A DNA stretch of 51,023 nucleotides. It comes from Candidatus Bathyarchaeota archaeon (GTDB lineage: Archaea > Thermoproteota > Bathyarchaeia > Bathyarchaeales > DTEX01). Below, one piece after another: positions 9,585 through 18,254 of the stretch; positions within the stretch are counted from its first letter, which is position 1; each line of letters begins with the position of its first letter. The stretch is taken from contig JAGTRG010000004.1 in the NCBI GenBank assembly GCA_018396435.1, positions 1 through 51,023 on the forward strand, in the 5' to 3' direction. A program made the translations under genes and the position numbers. The notes under the pieces were generated by a model, which was not told where the DNA came from, made no database searches, and saw nothing but the letters and a program-made list of their open reading frames with translations.

Positions 9585-11747
9585 ATGAGGAAAAGCTCTT
9601 TGCTATTAATGTTGCTTCTTTTGGTTCCCTTTCAGTTCTTGCAAGCGAGCTTGGTGAAATCGACGCCTGAAGAGCTACCAGTTCCTAGGGAAGAATCTCT
9701 TGTAATTTCAGGATACTATGAACCTCCGAACTATGAGAATTTCAATCCATATTCACCTACTCGCGCTAATGTGCTAGAGGTAGTTTTCAATTATGAAGGA
9801 CTTTGGTACATTAATTACGCAACTGGCGAGGTAATATATTGGTTATGCACCGGTTGGGAATACAATAATGACAATACGCAACTAACCATTCATATCAGAA
9901 GGGGAGTGACGTGGAACGATGGCAAACCCTTCACTGCAAAGGACATAGTTTTCACTCTCAATATGCTCTTAGAGAATGCAGCTCTCACTAGTCACGCCAT
10001 GATAGCAAGCTACGTTGAGAGCGCCAGCGCCCCAGATGATTACACTGTAGTTATAAAATTGAAACAGCCTTATCCTAGAGCACACTATTGGTTTAGAGAT
10101 TGTTGGTCAGGATTCATTACGGTGCCCGAGCACATATGGAAAGATGTAGATCCAGTAACGTTCTTGAATAATCCTCCTGTCTCAACAGGTCCGTATAAAC
10201 TGTATATGGCAAGCTCAGAGCTTCATATGGTTATATGGGAGCGAGACGAAAACTATTGGGCAAAGAACGCTATGGGACCTAACTATTTCCCAGGGCCTAA
10301 ATATGTAGTTTATAAGATTCTGCCCTCAGTAGATATCGCAGTCACCGAATTCTCTAAGGGTATGGTAGATGAGCTATGTAGCGCTTGGGTAGATTGGCCG
10401 GTTTTGAAATCTCTTAATAATGCTAATCCTGAGACAACCGCGTTAGCCACATTTACTGACCCATGTCTTCATATATTGCGGGTGAATTGTCAAAAGTACC
10501 CGTTCAACATGACTGAGTTCCGATGGGCTCTATCTTACGCCATTGATAGGGTGAGCATAGGCCGCGTATATACTGAGTATACGCAAGCTTCTCCTGCCAA
10601 ATATCCGTTCCCATCATGGGGTTCGTTGCAGCGCTATATGTACCCTGACATCGCGGAGAAATATAAGCTAGAGTATAATGAAGCAAAAGCTAAGGAAATA
10701 TTGGATTCTCTTGGATTTAGAGATGTGGATGGAGATGGTTTCAGAGAGTATCCTAATGGAACCAAATTCTCATTCGAAATTATCTATGGAGCTCCATGGA
10801 GAGTTAATTATGAATATGCTTTATCAATGGCAAATATGCTGCAGAAGGTAGGGCTCAACGCCCTCATAAGACCTTTAGAACCCTCTACTTGGTGGGCCAT
10901 GGTCTCAACAGGTCAATATGATGCGACAACCAGCGGAGGACTATGCACCGGATTGCCATATTCAGGAGATATGTATGGCCTAGTATCAGGTTTCCATAGC
11001 AAATATGTTACTCCATTAGGCCAGAGGACTACCGGAGGAGATTGGGGTGCCAGGCTTATAGATCCAGAAATGGATAGTATAATAGACGAGATCTCAAGTA
11101 TAGGTCCATTGGATCCAAAATATGAAGAGTTAGCCCACAGAGCTTTAGAAGTCTGGATGAAGAAACTGCCCATAATACCAGTGACTGATGTGCCACGTAG
11201 CGAATTGTGGAACTTAAAGTACTGGACTGGTTTTCCAACGAATGACAACATGTATAACATGCCCTATTATTGGACTCCTTGGTGGAAGTTCGTACTCTTT
11301 AAACTGAAACCTAGCGCGATCACGCCTCCGCCTCCTGTCACTTATATAACAGCATACGCTAAGGCCAGCATAGCAGCCTTCACCGGCGTTGACGGCAAAA
11401 CCTATGGGCCATACAGCGAGGGCGACGCTATGCTCCTTCCAATGGAGGATGCCCAGAGGCTTGTTGACGAGGGTAAAGCCTCATATAGCCCGCCAGTCCC
11501 GCCTGAAATAGGTGAAATTGCGGAGTCTGTTTCAGAGCTGCATGGCAAGGTTTCAAGGCTTGAGAGCACTCTAGCAGGAATTAGCGCGGCAACCACAGAT
11601 CTATCTGGAGCCGTGTCTGACTTAAAGAAGAGCGTTGAGGCTCTCTCTGGTCAGATATCAGGCATAATAACAACCGTTGCGGCTATAGGCATAGTGACAA
11701 TAATACTGGTCGTTGCAGCCATAGCAATGATTATGCGCAAAAAATAA
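9585..11747 (+). CDS. ABC transporter substrate-binding protein, family 5 (OppA/DppA-like), with C-terminal coiled-coil stalk and TM anchor
   Basis: The track ORF starts at 9519. I prefer the ATG at 9585 (MRKSSLLLMLLLLVPFQFLQASL = signal-like), preceded by GAGGG about 8 nt upstream and a TATA-like TTTTATATA further upstream. Family-5 blocks: TWNDGKPFTAKDIVFT, PVSTGPYKL, WERDENYW. The last 145 aa hold a PPPP linker, an extra segment, heptad-like SELHGKVSRLESTLAGISAATTDLSGAVSDLKKSVEALSGQISG and a hydrophobic anchor ending in MRKK. Confidence 0.85.
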   Translation: MRKSSLLLMLLLLVPFQFLQASLVKSTPEELPVPREESLVISGYYEPPNYENFNPYSPTRANVLEVVFNYEGLWYINYATGEVIYWLCTGWEYNNDNTQLTIHIRRGVTWNDGKPFTAKDIVFTLNMLLENAALTSHAMIASYVESASAPDDYTVVIKLKQPYPRAHYWFRDCWSGFITVPEHIWKDVDPVTFLNNPPVSTGPYKLYMASSELHMVIWERDENYWAKNAMGPNYFPGPKYVVYKILPSVDIAVTEFSKGMVDELCSAWVDWPVLKSLNNANPETTALATFTDPCLHILRVNCQKYPFNMTEFRWALSYAIDRVSIGRVYTEYTQASPAKYPFPSWGSLQRYMYPDIAEKYKLEYNEAKAKEILDSLGFRDVDGDGFREYPNGTKFSFEIIYGAPWRVNYEYALSMANMLQKVGLNALIRPLEPSTWWAMVSTGQYDATTSGGLCTGLPYSGDMYGLVSGFHSKYVTPLGQRTTGGDWGARLIDPEMDSIIDEISSIGPLDPKYEELAHRALEVWMKKLPIIPVTDVPRSELWNLKYWTGFPTNDNMYNMPYYWTPWWKFVLFKLKPSAITPPPPVTYITAYAKASIAAFTGVDGKTYGPYSEGDAMLLPMEDAQRLVDEGKASYSPPVPPEIGEIAESVSELHGKVSRLESTLAGISAATTDLSGAVSDLKKSVEALSGQISGIITTVAAIGIVTIILVVAAIAMIMRKK

Positions 11748-11772
11748 ATGAATAGACTCTCCTTTTCACCCC

Positions 11773-11789
11773 TTTTTATTTTTTATTTT
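11773..11789. terminator. T-rich tract between convergent genes (candidate archaeal oligo-T terminator)
   Basis: TTTTTATTTTTTATTTT lies between the stop of the binding-protein gene (11747, +) and the stop of the ATPase gene (11804, -). Confidence 0.35.
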
Positions 11790-11803
11790 GAGAATGATGA
11801 AAA

Positions 11804-12784
11804 TTAGTATAGGTGGCATGCAACTCTTCTATTTGAGCCGATGTTTTTAAGCTGAGGGGTTTCAGATAGGCAATTCTCCGTGGCGTTTGGGCATCTCCCT
11901 GAGAACACGCAGCCTTTCTCCGCCCTAAACTTTTTTATTGATTCTATTGAGGTTAAATCTATTCTTTCAGCCCACCTGACCTTAGGATCTGGTACCGGTA
12001 TGGAACTTATCAGCAGCTTGGTGTATGGATGAAGGGGATTCTCTATTATCTGGTCTTTCGGGCCGTCCTCGACAACCCTGCCATAACATAAGATAACTAT
12101 GTTATCTGCTAGATAGCTGGCAGTATGTAAATCATGCGATATATATAGGCATGAGATGCTATGCTTCTCCTTAAATGATAGTAAATGTTCTAAGAAGATG
12201 GCTCTAAGTGAGACGTCTATCATGGATATAGGCTCATCTGCAACTATAAGTTTAGGCCTAATTAAAAGTATCCTTGTTAGCATAAATCTCTGCCTCTCGC
12301 CCCCACTAAGCTGATGAGGATATCTCCCAAGAAGATCCTCGGGCCTAAGCCCTATATCTTCCATGGCCTTAACGATGAGATCACGGGTCTCATCTCTGCC
12401 TGATGCGAGCTTAAACTTTTTAATAATAATTTCAAGAACTCGATCAATTTTATAGAAGGGGTTATAGATGCTATAGGGATCTTGAAAGATGGGTTGAACT
12501 TCCTTAAGATATTCGATCTTATTTCTCTTGATCCATTCATTGACGTTTTTACCCTTATATAAGATTTCGCCGGACGTAGGTTCCAAAAGCCCCAGTATCA
12601 TTCTGGCTATTGTGGTTTTACCGCTTCCACTCTCACCTATCAAAGCGGTTATCCAAGGTTTGTCTGGCATACTGAATGAAACCGCATCTATGGCCTTTAT
12701 AATCTTCCTGGATAATAGTCCCAGTCCTCCACCTATCCTAAATTCCCTACTCACATTTCTCAGTTCTAATAATGATTGATCCAT
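11804..12784 (-). CDS. ABC transporter ATP-binding protein, Opp/Dpp type (OppF/DppF-like)
   Basis: Walker A GESGSGKT, signature LSGGERQR, Walker B LIVADEPISMID, and a C-terminal Cys-containing oligopeptide-type tail (CVFSGRCPNATENC...VACHLY). Confidence 0.9.
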   Translation of the reverse strand: MDQSLLELRNVSREFRIGGGLGLLSRKIIKAIDAVSFSMPDKPWITALIGESGSGKTTIARMILGLLEPTSGEILYKGKNVNEWIKRNKIEYLKEVQPIFQDPYSIYNPFYKIDRVLEIIIKKFKLASGRDETRDLIVKAMEDIGLRPEDLLGRYPHQLSGGERQRFMLTRILLIRPKLIVADEPISMIDVSLRAIFLEHLLSFKEKHSISCLYISHDLHTASYLADNIVILCYGRVVEDGPKDQIIENPLHPYTKLLISSIPVPDPKVRWAERIDLTSIESIKKFRAEKGCVFSGRCPNATENCLSETPQLKNIGSNRRVACHLY

Positions 12785-12790
12785 AACATC

Positions 12791-13741
12791 TCACCCATAC
12801 AAGTGGCAGGCCACAAACCTTTCAGAACCAATCTCTTTCATGGGAGGGTCAACTTTAGCGCAGAGAGCCGTTGCATGCTGGCACCTAGGATGGAATCTGC
12901 ATCCAGGGGGCCAGTTTAGGGGGCTTGGAGCTAAACCCGGTATACCTTTAACGTATCTCTTTCCTATTGAGGGTATGGCTGAGATTAAACCCTTCGTATA
13001 GGGGTGTAGGGGCTCTTCAAATATGGAATGAATTGAACCTACTTCTGCAATTTTACCCGCATACATTATTGCAATCCTATCCGCTATTTGCGCATGCGCC
13101 GCCATGTCATGCGACACCATTATAACTGTCATGTGATATTTTTCTTTAAGCATTCTAAAGAGTTGGAGAATCCCTCTCTGAACTACAACATCCAGCGCAG
13201 TTGTCGGCTCATCTGCTATTACAAGGCTGGGCTTAAGAGCTATAGCTGTTGCTATTATAACCCTCTGTTTCATGCCTCCGCTTAGCTGGTGAGGATACAT
13301 CCCTCCAACTTCAGCGCGTAATCCAACTTCCTTAAACATGGAGAACGCAAGTTCTCTAGCTTTCTCCTCATCCATACTGCTGTGGTCTATTATCGCATCA
13401 ATCGCCTGCTCCTCAACCTTTACAACAGGATTTAATGAGTTCATAGCGCCCTGGGGGACATAGGCAAGTTTAGTCCACCTTATCCTTCGAAGATCTTCTT
13501 CAGGTATTTTTAGAATATCGGTCCCTTCAAAAACAACTCTGCCAGTGGGTATGTAGCCCGGGGGCTTAACGAGCCTAAGAACCCCCTCAACAAGGGTTGA
13601 TTTTCCACATCCAGATTCGCCCGCTATGCTAAGAACCTCATTCCTATACGCTTTAAGAGACGCTCCATCTACAGATCTATAATCGCCCCAAATACTCTTG
13701 TAATAAACCCTAAGATCCTCAACTTCGAGTATAGGCTCCAT
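12791..13741 (-). CDS. ABC transporter ATP-binding protein, Opp/Dpp type (OppD/DppD-like)
   Basis: Walker A GESGCGKS, signature LSGGMKQR, Walker B LVIADEPTTALD, and C-terminal GCRFHPRCQHATALC...VACHLYG. Confidence 0.9.
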   Translation of the reverse strand: MEPILEVEDLRVYYKSIWGDYRSVDGASLKAYRNEVLSIAGESGCGKSTLVEGVLRLVKPPGYIPTGRVVFEGTDILKIPEEDLRRIRWTKLAYVPQGAMNSLNPVVKVEEQAIDAIIDHSSMDEEKARELAFSMFKEVGLRAEVGGMYPHQLSGGMKQRVIIATAIALKPSLVIADEPTTALDVVVQRGILQLFRMLKEKYHMTVIMVSHDMAAHAQIADRIAIMYAGKIAEVGSIHSIFEEPLHPYTKGLISAIPSIGKRYVKGIPGLAPSPLNWPPGCRFHPRCQHATALCAKVDPPMKEIGSERFVACHLYG

Positions 13742-14015
13742 CGATTGGCGTCAACTCTCTTTTTCTTAAAATTTACGTATTCACCATTAATTAAATTTTG
13801 ACAAATTAAAGTTTATGGTTTTTCCAGCCAAGAAATACTAAAAAGTGATTTAAACAATAAATCTCCATTAAGCCGCCTGAAAAGAACTTTAAAACGACTT
13901 TACAGATCCGTATGGACCTTGGTCTATAATTGCGGATGCCCCGGTTCCAATGGCGGGCATTATAATTAAAAGTCTAAAAAGATGTTTCCGGCTCTTAACT
14001 CTTAAAACTTTGGTT

Positions 14016-14104
14016 TGGCGCCGGGGAAGGGATTTGAACCCTTGAGACCCGGATAAGGGTCACTGGATCTCGAGTCCAGCGCATTACCGCTCTGCCACCC
14101 CGGC
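14016..14104 (-). tRNA. tRNA-Ser (anticodon CGA), 3'-CCA encoded
   Basis: Reverse complement: GCCGGGG TG GCAGAGCGGTAATGCGC TGGA-CTCGAGA-TCCAG, long variable arm TGACCCTTATCCGGGTCTC, AAGGG-TTCAAAT-CCCTT, CCCCGGC, G, CCA. It has a 7-bp acceptor stem and a 7-nt anticodon loop with CGA at positions 34-36. The body is 14019-14104 (86 nt). Confidence 0.9.
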
Positions 14105-14198
14105 TTCTTGCGTATAATCTGACTGTTAGGGGTTTGGCGCATCTAAAAATTTATTTCCCCTCTCTTAAAAAGATTATTTAGCGTCTTGGGGAGTAAAT

Positions 14199-15329
14199 AT
14201 GCTACTAAGAAGGGAACTACTCTATGGAGTGATTATCGGTTTAATTGCTGGTTTAGCCATTGGCTCCATCATTAGGGGCATGATGATTGAGACAGAGATA
14301 AGAGACTTATATAACCAAATCTCAGATCTTAAAAGACAGATCATGGTGGTTAAGGTGGCAATACCATCCTTAAGGAATCTTGCCGAAAAATGCGGGATCT
14401 ATATTGGCGCTGCGGTGGAACGTAGTCTTCTCGATATCCCAGATTATGCCTATGCTCTTAAGCAGGAATTTAATATTTTGACAACCGAGAACGCTCTAAA
14501 GTTCGGTCCAGTTCATCCTCAACGAGACGCATACTCCTTCAGCGATGCAGATTACATAATTAGTTTCGCTGAGAGTAATGGGATGAAGGTTCGTGGGCAT
14601 ACGCTTGTGTGGCATCAGCAGCTTCCCTCATGGGTTGCGCAGGGAAATTATTCCCGTGAAGAGTGGATAAGTATTATACGCGAGCACATTATGACCGTTG
14701 TGGGACGCTATAAGGGAAGAATTTACGCATGGGATGTGATTAATGAGGCCATAGCCGACGATGGAACATTAAGAGATACCATTTGGCTGAGAAATATCGG
14801 TCCAGAATATATTGAGATGGCCTTTAGATGGGCGCATGAGGCAGACCCACAAGCCATACTATTCTACAACGATTATGGCGCCGAAGGCTTAAACGTAAAA
14901 TCCAACGCCATATATAATCTCGTTAAGAGCCTCCTAGAGAAGGGTGTTCCAATACATGGCGTTGGGCTACAGATGCACGTAAGCCTAGAGAACCCATCAA
15001 ACCCGCAAGAAGTAGCGGCTAACATTAAGCGCCTAAATGACCTAGGCCTAGAAGTTCACATAACTGAGATGGATGTTCGAATCAGAATGCCCGCCAGATG
15101 GGAAGACCTTGTTGAGCAGGCAAAGATATATCGTGATTTTCTAAGAGTATGTCTATCCGCGGAGAGGTGCAAAGCTTTTGTAATGTGGGGTTTCACGGAC
15201 AAGTATTCTTGGATACCGGGCTATTTTAGTGGTTATGGTGCGGCGTTAATCTTTGATGAATCGTATGTGCCGAAGCCAGCATATTATTATATCGCAGCAA
15301 CCTTCATTGAGCACTTAACTAAGAAATAG
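14199..15329 (+). CDS. glycoside hydrolase family 10 endo-beta-1,4-xylanase, N-terminal membrane anchor
   Basis: GH10 catalytic motifs WDVINEA (acid/base) and ITEMD (nucleophile). N-terminal hydrophobic helix LLYGVIIGLIAGLAIGSII followed by the heptad-like DLYNQISDLKRQIMVVK. GGGGAG lies 5 nt upstream of the ATG. Confidence 0.9.
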   Translation: MLLRRELLYGVIIGLIAGLAIGSIIRGMMIETEIRDLYNQISDLKRQIMVVKVAIPSLRNLAEKCGIYIGAAVERSLLDIPDYAYALKQEFNILTTENALKFGPVHPQRDAYSFSDADYIISFAESNGMKVRGHTLVWHQQLPSWVAQGNYSREEWISIIREHIMTVVGRYKGRIYAWDVINEAIADDGTLRDTIWLRNIGPEYIEMAFRWAHEADPQAILFYNDYGAEGLNVKSNAIYNLVKSLLEKGVPIHGVGLQMHVSLENPSNPQEVAANIKRLNDLGLEVHITEMDVRIRMPARWEDLVEQAKIYRDFLRVCLSAERCKAFVMWGFTDKYSWIPGYFSGYGAALIFDESYVPKPAYYYIAATFIEHLTKK

Positions 15330-15423
15330 TTTAGCATACATTGAGAGCTGAAGACTTTTAACTAAAACCAAAAGATATTTCTTTTCGTTCATCCCTTATT
15401 TCTTTGACTTGAAGGGTTTAGCC

Positions 15424-15630
15424 ATGCCCTACTGTCCTGAATGTGGAGGAGAAATGCTGTATCTAGGTAGCACTAAGCATTATGTGTGTAGAAGGTGCGG
15501 TCTCTCGCTTACTCTACAGGAAATTGTTGAGGTTAGGGAGAAAATCCGTGAAAAGACCGGGCGTGATGATGAGGAGCAGAAAAGGGTCAGGAAGGAGTAT
15601 CTGCAGTGGTGGCTCTCGAGAAAAAAGTAG
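15424..15630 (+). CDS. small zinc-ribbon protein with basic helical tail
   Basis: MPYCPECGGEM...YVCRRCG (CxxC...CxxC), then a charged tail EKIREKTGRDDEEQKRVRKEYLQWW. The track ORF begins at the TTG at 15409; the ATG at 15424 is more likely. Confidence 0.55.
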   Translation: MPYCPECGGEMLYLGSTKHYVCRRCGLSLTLQEIVEVREKIREKTGRDDEEQKRVRKEYLQWWLSRKK

Positions 15631-15807
15631 ATTTCCTAAAAATCCCACTTCCATGCTGGAAGATCATGCCTTAAAGAGCGCATCGTTTACACTCGTCCAT
15701 ATGCCTTAGTTATTTTCATAAAGAGGATAAATATTATATCCGCATAGAAAATTAATCTTTAAATTTAAGTATATCTAGAGCAATTCCTTAATGCTGGAGG
15801 AAGTGAT

Positions 15808-16629
15808 TTGTCCACGGCTTATGTGGAAGTAATTTGCGTTGGAAACGAGCTTCTAATAGGTAAAACTCTGAACACTAATGCCCACTGGCTTGCGAAAAAG
15901 ATAACAAGTTTAGGCTTACCTGTTAGGAGAATAACCGTAGTAGGAGACGACTTAAACGAGATATCCTCAATCGTTAGGGAATCTATCCAGCGTAAACCAG
16001 CCTTCATCATAATAACCGGTGGCCTAGGACCAACATTCGACGATAAAACCCTTGAAGGCGTCGCTAAAGCCCTCAATAAGGATCTTGAGGAGAATGAGGA
16101 AGCTCTAGAAATGATTAGAAAAAAATATGAGAGGTATGTTGCTGAGGGACGGATGGAAAAGTTCGAGATGACTCCTTACAGGGTTAAGATGGCCAGATTA
16201 CCTAAGGGTGCTAAGCCTTTGCCTAACCCTGTTGGAACCGCGCCGGGGGTCCTAATTGAACATGATGAAGTTAGCCTAGTTATGCTTCCAGGCGTCCCGC
16301 AGGAGATGATGGCCATATTTGAGGAGTCTATTGAGCCCCTTCTACGCGAATTATCTGGAAACCTAACGTTCTATGAGGCCAGCCTAGAGGTCAGGGGCGT
16401 ACCTGAATCCGACCTTGCCCCCATAATCGAAGAGGTTATGCGGGATAACCCCTACGTGTACATAAAATCCCATCCGAGAATATCGGAGAAGACGCATCAT
16501 ATTGAGTTGCACTTCTCAACAACCTCTGATGATCAGGATGCGGCTAGGCAGAGGATTGAGAGGGCGATATTGCAAATCTCGGAGATTATACGAGCCAGAG
16601 GGGGAAGAATACAGGCGATACAGATATAA
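15808..16629 (+). CDS. CinA-like molybdopterin-binding (MoCF_biosynth) domain protein
   Basis: VEVICVGNELLIGKTLNTNAHWLAKKITSLG...IIITGGLGPTFDDKT...NPVGTAPG, typical of the CinA N-terminal domain family. TTG start. Confidence 0.75.
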   Translation: MSTAYVEVICVGNELLIGKTLNTNAHWLAKKITSLGLPVRRITVVGDDLNEISSIVRESIQRKPAFIIITGGLGPTFDDKTLEGVAKALNKDLEENEEALEMIRKKYERYVAEGRMEKFEMTPYRVKMARLPKGAKPLPNPVGTAPGVLIEHDEVSLVMLPGVPQEMMAIFEESIEPLLRELSGNLTFYEASLEVRGVPESDLAPIIEEVMRDNPYVYIKSHPRISEKTHHIELHFSTTSDDQDAARQRIERAILQISEIIRARGGRIQAIQI

Positions 16630-16723
16630 GCGTCAACAATATTTTCCTTTCCCTAGGAATCTAAAGCGTGCTTCAGGAATAATCTTTTAAGTTTCCATTC
16701 AAGATAGAAAGGGGCTGAATAAG

Positions 16724-17488
16724 ATGGTTTTTATTGCCTTCATAATTGGAACAGCTGGCTCAGGCAAATCCCTCTTAACAGCGTCCTTCAGCGAATGGCT
16801 CAAAATTAATGAACAGGATGTTGCAACGTTAAATCTTGATCCTGGCGCAGTAAAACTGCCTTACACACCGGACATTGACGTCCGCGACTATGTAACTATT
16901 GATGAGATAATGGAGGAATACGATCTTGGACCGAACGGTGCGCTCATTATAGCGGCAGATCTGATTGCAGGCGAAATCGAGAATATAAGCAAGGAGATAG
17001 AGGGCTTCAACCCGGATATTTTACTTGTTGATACTCCGGGGCAAATGGAACTTTTCGCCTTTAGGGCCAGTGGACCATATATAGCTAAAGAAATAAGCAA
17101 AGATCCAAAAGCCATAATATACCTTTTTGACGCTGTCTTTTCACTGAACCCGCTAAACTACGTCTCAAACATGTTCCTCTCCGCCGCGGTTTATATGCGC
17201 TTCCTCCTACCGCAGCTGCATGTCCTATCTAAATGCGATTTGCTCCCCCAGGGAGATGTTGACACAATTGTGGAATGGTCTGAGGACAGGGCTACTCTTG
17301 AAGCCGCCATAAATAAGAGGCTTGAGGGGGAAGGGCGCCTATTAAGTTACAGGCTTAGTAGGGCAATTTATCAGCTGGGCTTAAACTTCCCATTAATATC
17401 AGTTTCAGCCAAGACTAATGAGGGGTTTGTGGAGTTGAACGCTGCCCTAGAGCGCATATTCGCTGGCGGTGAGAAAATAACATATTAG
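16724..17488 (+). CDS. GPN-loop GTPase
   Basis: P-loop GTAGSGKS, GPN motif LGPNGA, DTPGQMELF, and a typical archaeal length of 254 aa. Confidence 0.9.
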   Translation: MVFIAFIIGTAGSGKSLLTASFSEWLKINEQDVATLNLDPGAVKLPYTPDIDVRDYVTIDEIMEEYDLGPNGALIIAADLIAGEIENISKEIEGFNPDILLVDTPGQMELFAFRASGPYIAKEISKDPKAIIYLFDAVFSLNPLNYVSNMFLSAAVYMRFLLPQLHVLSKCDLLPQGDVDTIVEWSEDRATLEAAINKRLEGEGRLLSYRLSRAIYQLGLNFPLISVSAKTNEGFVELNAALERIFAGGEKITY

Positions 17489-17500
17489 CGCATTAAGCGG

Positions 17501-18121
17501 CTACCAATCTATTATTGACCAGGCAGCTGCAAATGCGCCATATTCAGCATTCCTAAGCGTATCTGCGCTGCTGATTATTATAACATCGCCCTCCTCAGGC
17601 TTCATCAGACGCATTAAATCTCTAAAGGCCGCAGGATAATCTCTCTCCAAGTTTACGCTTACGCTTGGGATAGTTAACCTGTTATCTTTGAATACTATTG
17701 TTACAGCGCCCTTCGCACCGGCCATCACGGCGGCATCACGCTGCTCCAATCCGCTCCCTACTTTTCCAACACATCCCCTGACTAAAACAGCAACATTAAA
17801 TTGAGCCAGCGTTAACTCGTTCCCTCCGATCTCAACTATCGTCGGCATAATGCTTTCAATATTCTCCCATAACTTTTTACCCTTAGATGTTAATGAGCAG
17901 CCGTTTCTTGATTTAGCGACAAGATTCGCCTCCACCAGACGCTTCAGCATTGTTCTAGTGGCACCCTCACCCATGCTTAAGCTCTTAGATATTTTTCCAC
18001 GCCCAATCGTTCCTGAAGAGGCTAAAATTCTGAGAAACCTTATGATGTCTAGTACCGTGAATGATGGGCGTGGTCCCGGAGCTCTTTCGGAAGCCAGATC
18101 GCTTAGGAAATTTTTAATCAA
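17501..18121 (-). CDS. winged-helix (MarR-like) domain protein, DUF4443-type
   Basis: N-terminal wHTH-like segment GRGKISKSLSMGEGATRTMLKRLVEANLVAKSRNGCSLTSKGKKL plus a conserved C-terminal domain. Recognised from memory as the archaeal DUF4443 architecture. Confidence 0.5.
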   Translation of the reverse strand: MIKNFLSDLASERAPGPRPSFTVLDIIRFLRILASSGTIGRGKISKSLSMGEGATRTMLKRLVEANLVAKSRNGCSLTSKGKKLWENIESIMPTIVEIGGNELTLAQFNVAVLVRGCVGKVGSGLEQRDAAVMAGAKGAVTIVFKDNRLTIPSVSVNLERDYPAAFRDLMRLMKPEEGDVIIISSADTLRNAEYGAFAAAWSIIDW

Positions 18122-18254
18122 TATGCTTTCTCATTAAATAATTTTACATGTTTAAAAATAAAAATTATTTGAATCTCAAGTAACAGCTCTAATTTAATCA
18201 TCGACGATAGACGCGTATTTTCCCTTTAAACTGATTTAATTCGCATTTGAGGAG

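Noticed and set aside
13936-13960. Hairpin ATGCCC-(13 nt)-GGGCAT in the gap between the ABC ATPase promoter region and tRNA-Ser.
   Set aside because: It is only a 6-bp stem with a large loop. There is no flanking T-tract or conservation evidence, so it is likely chance.
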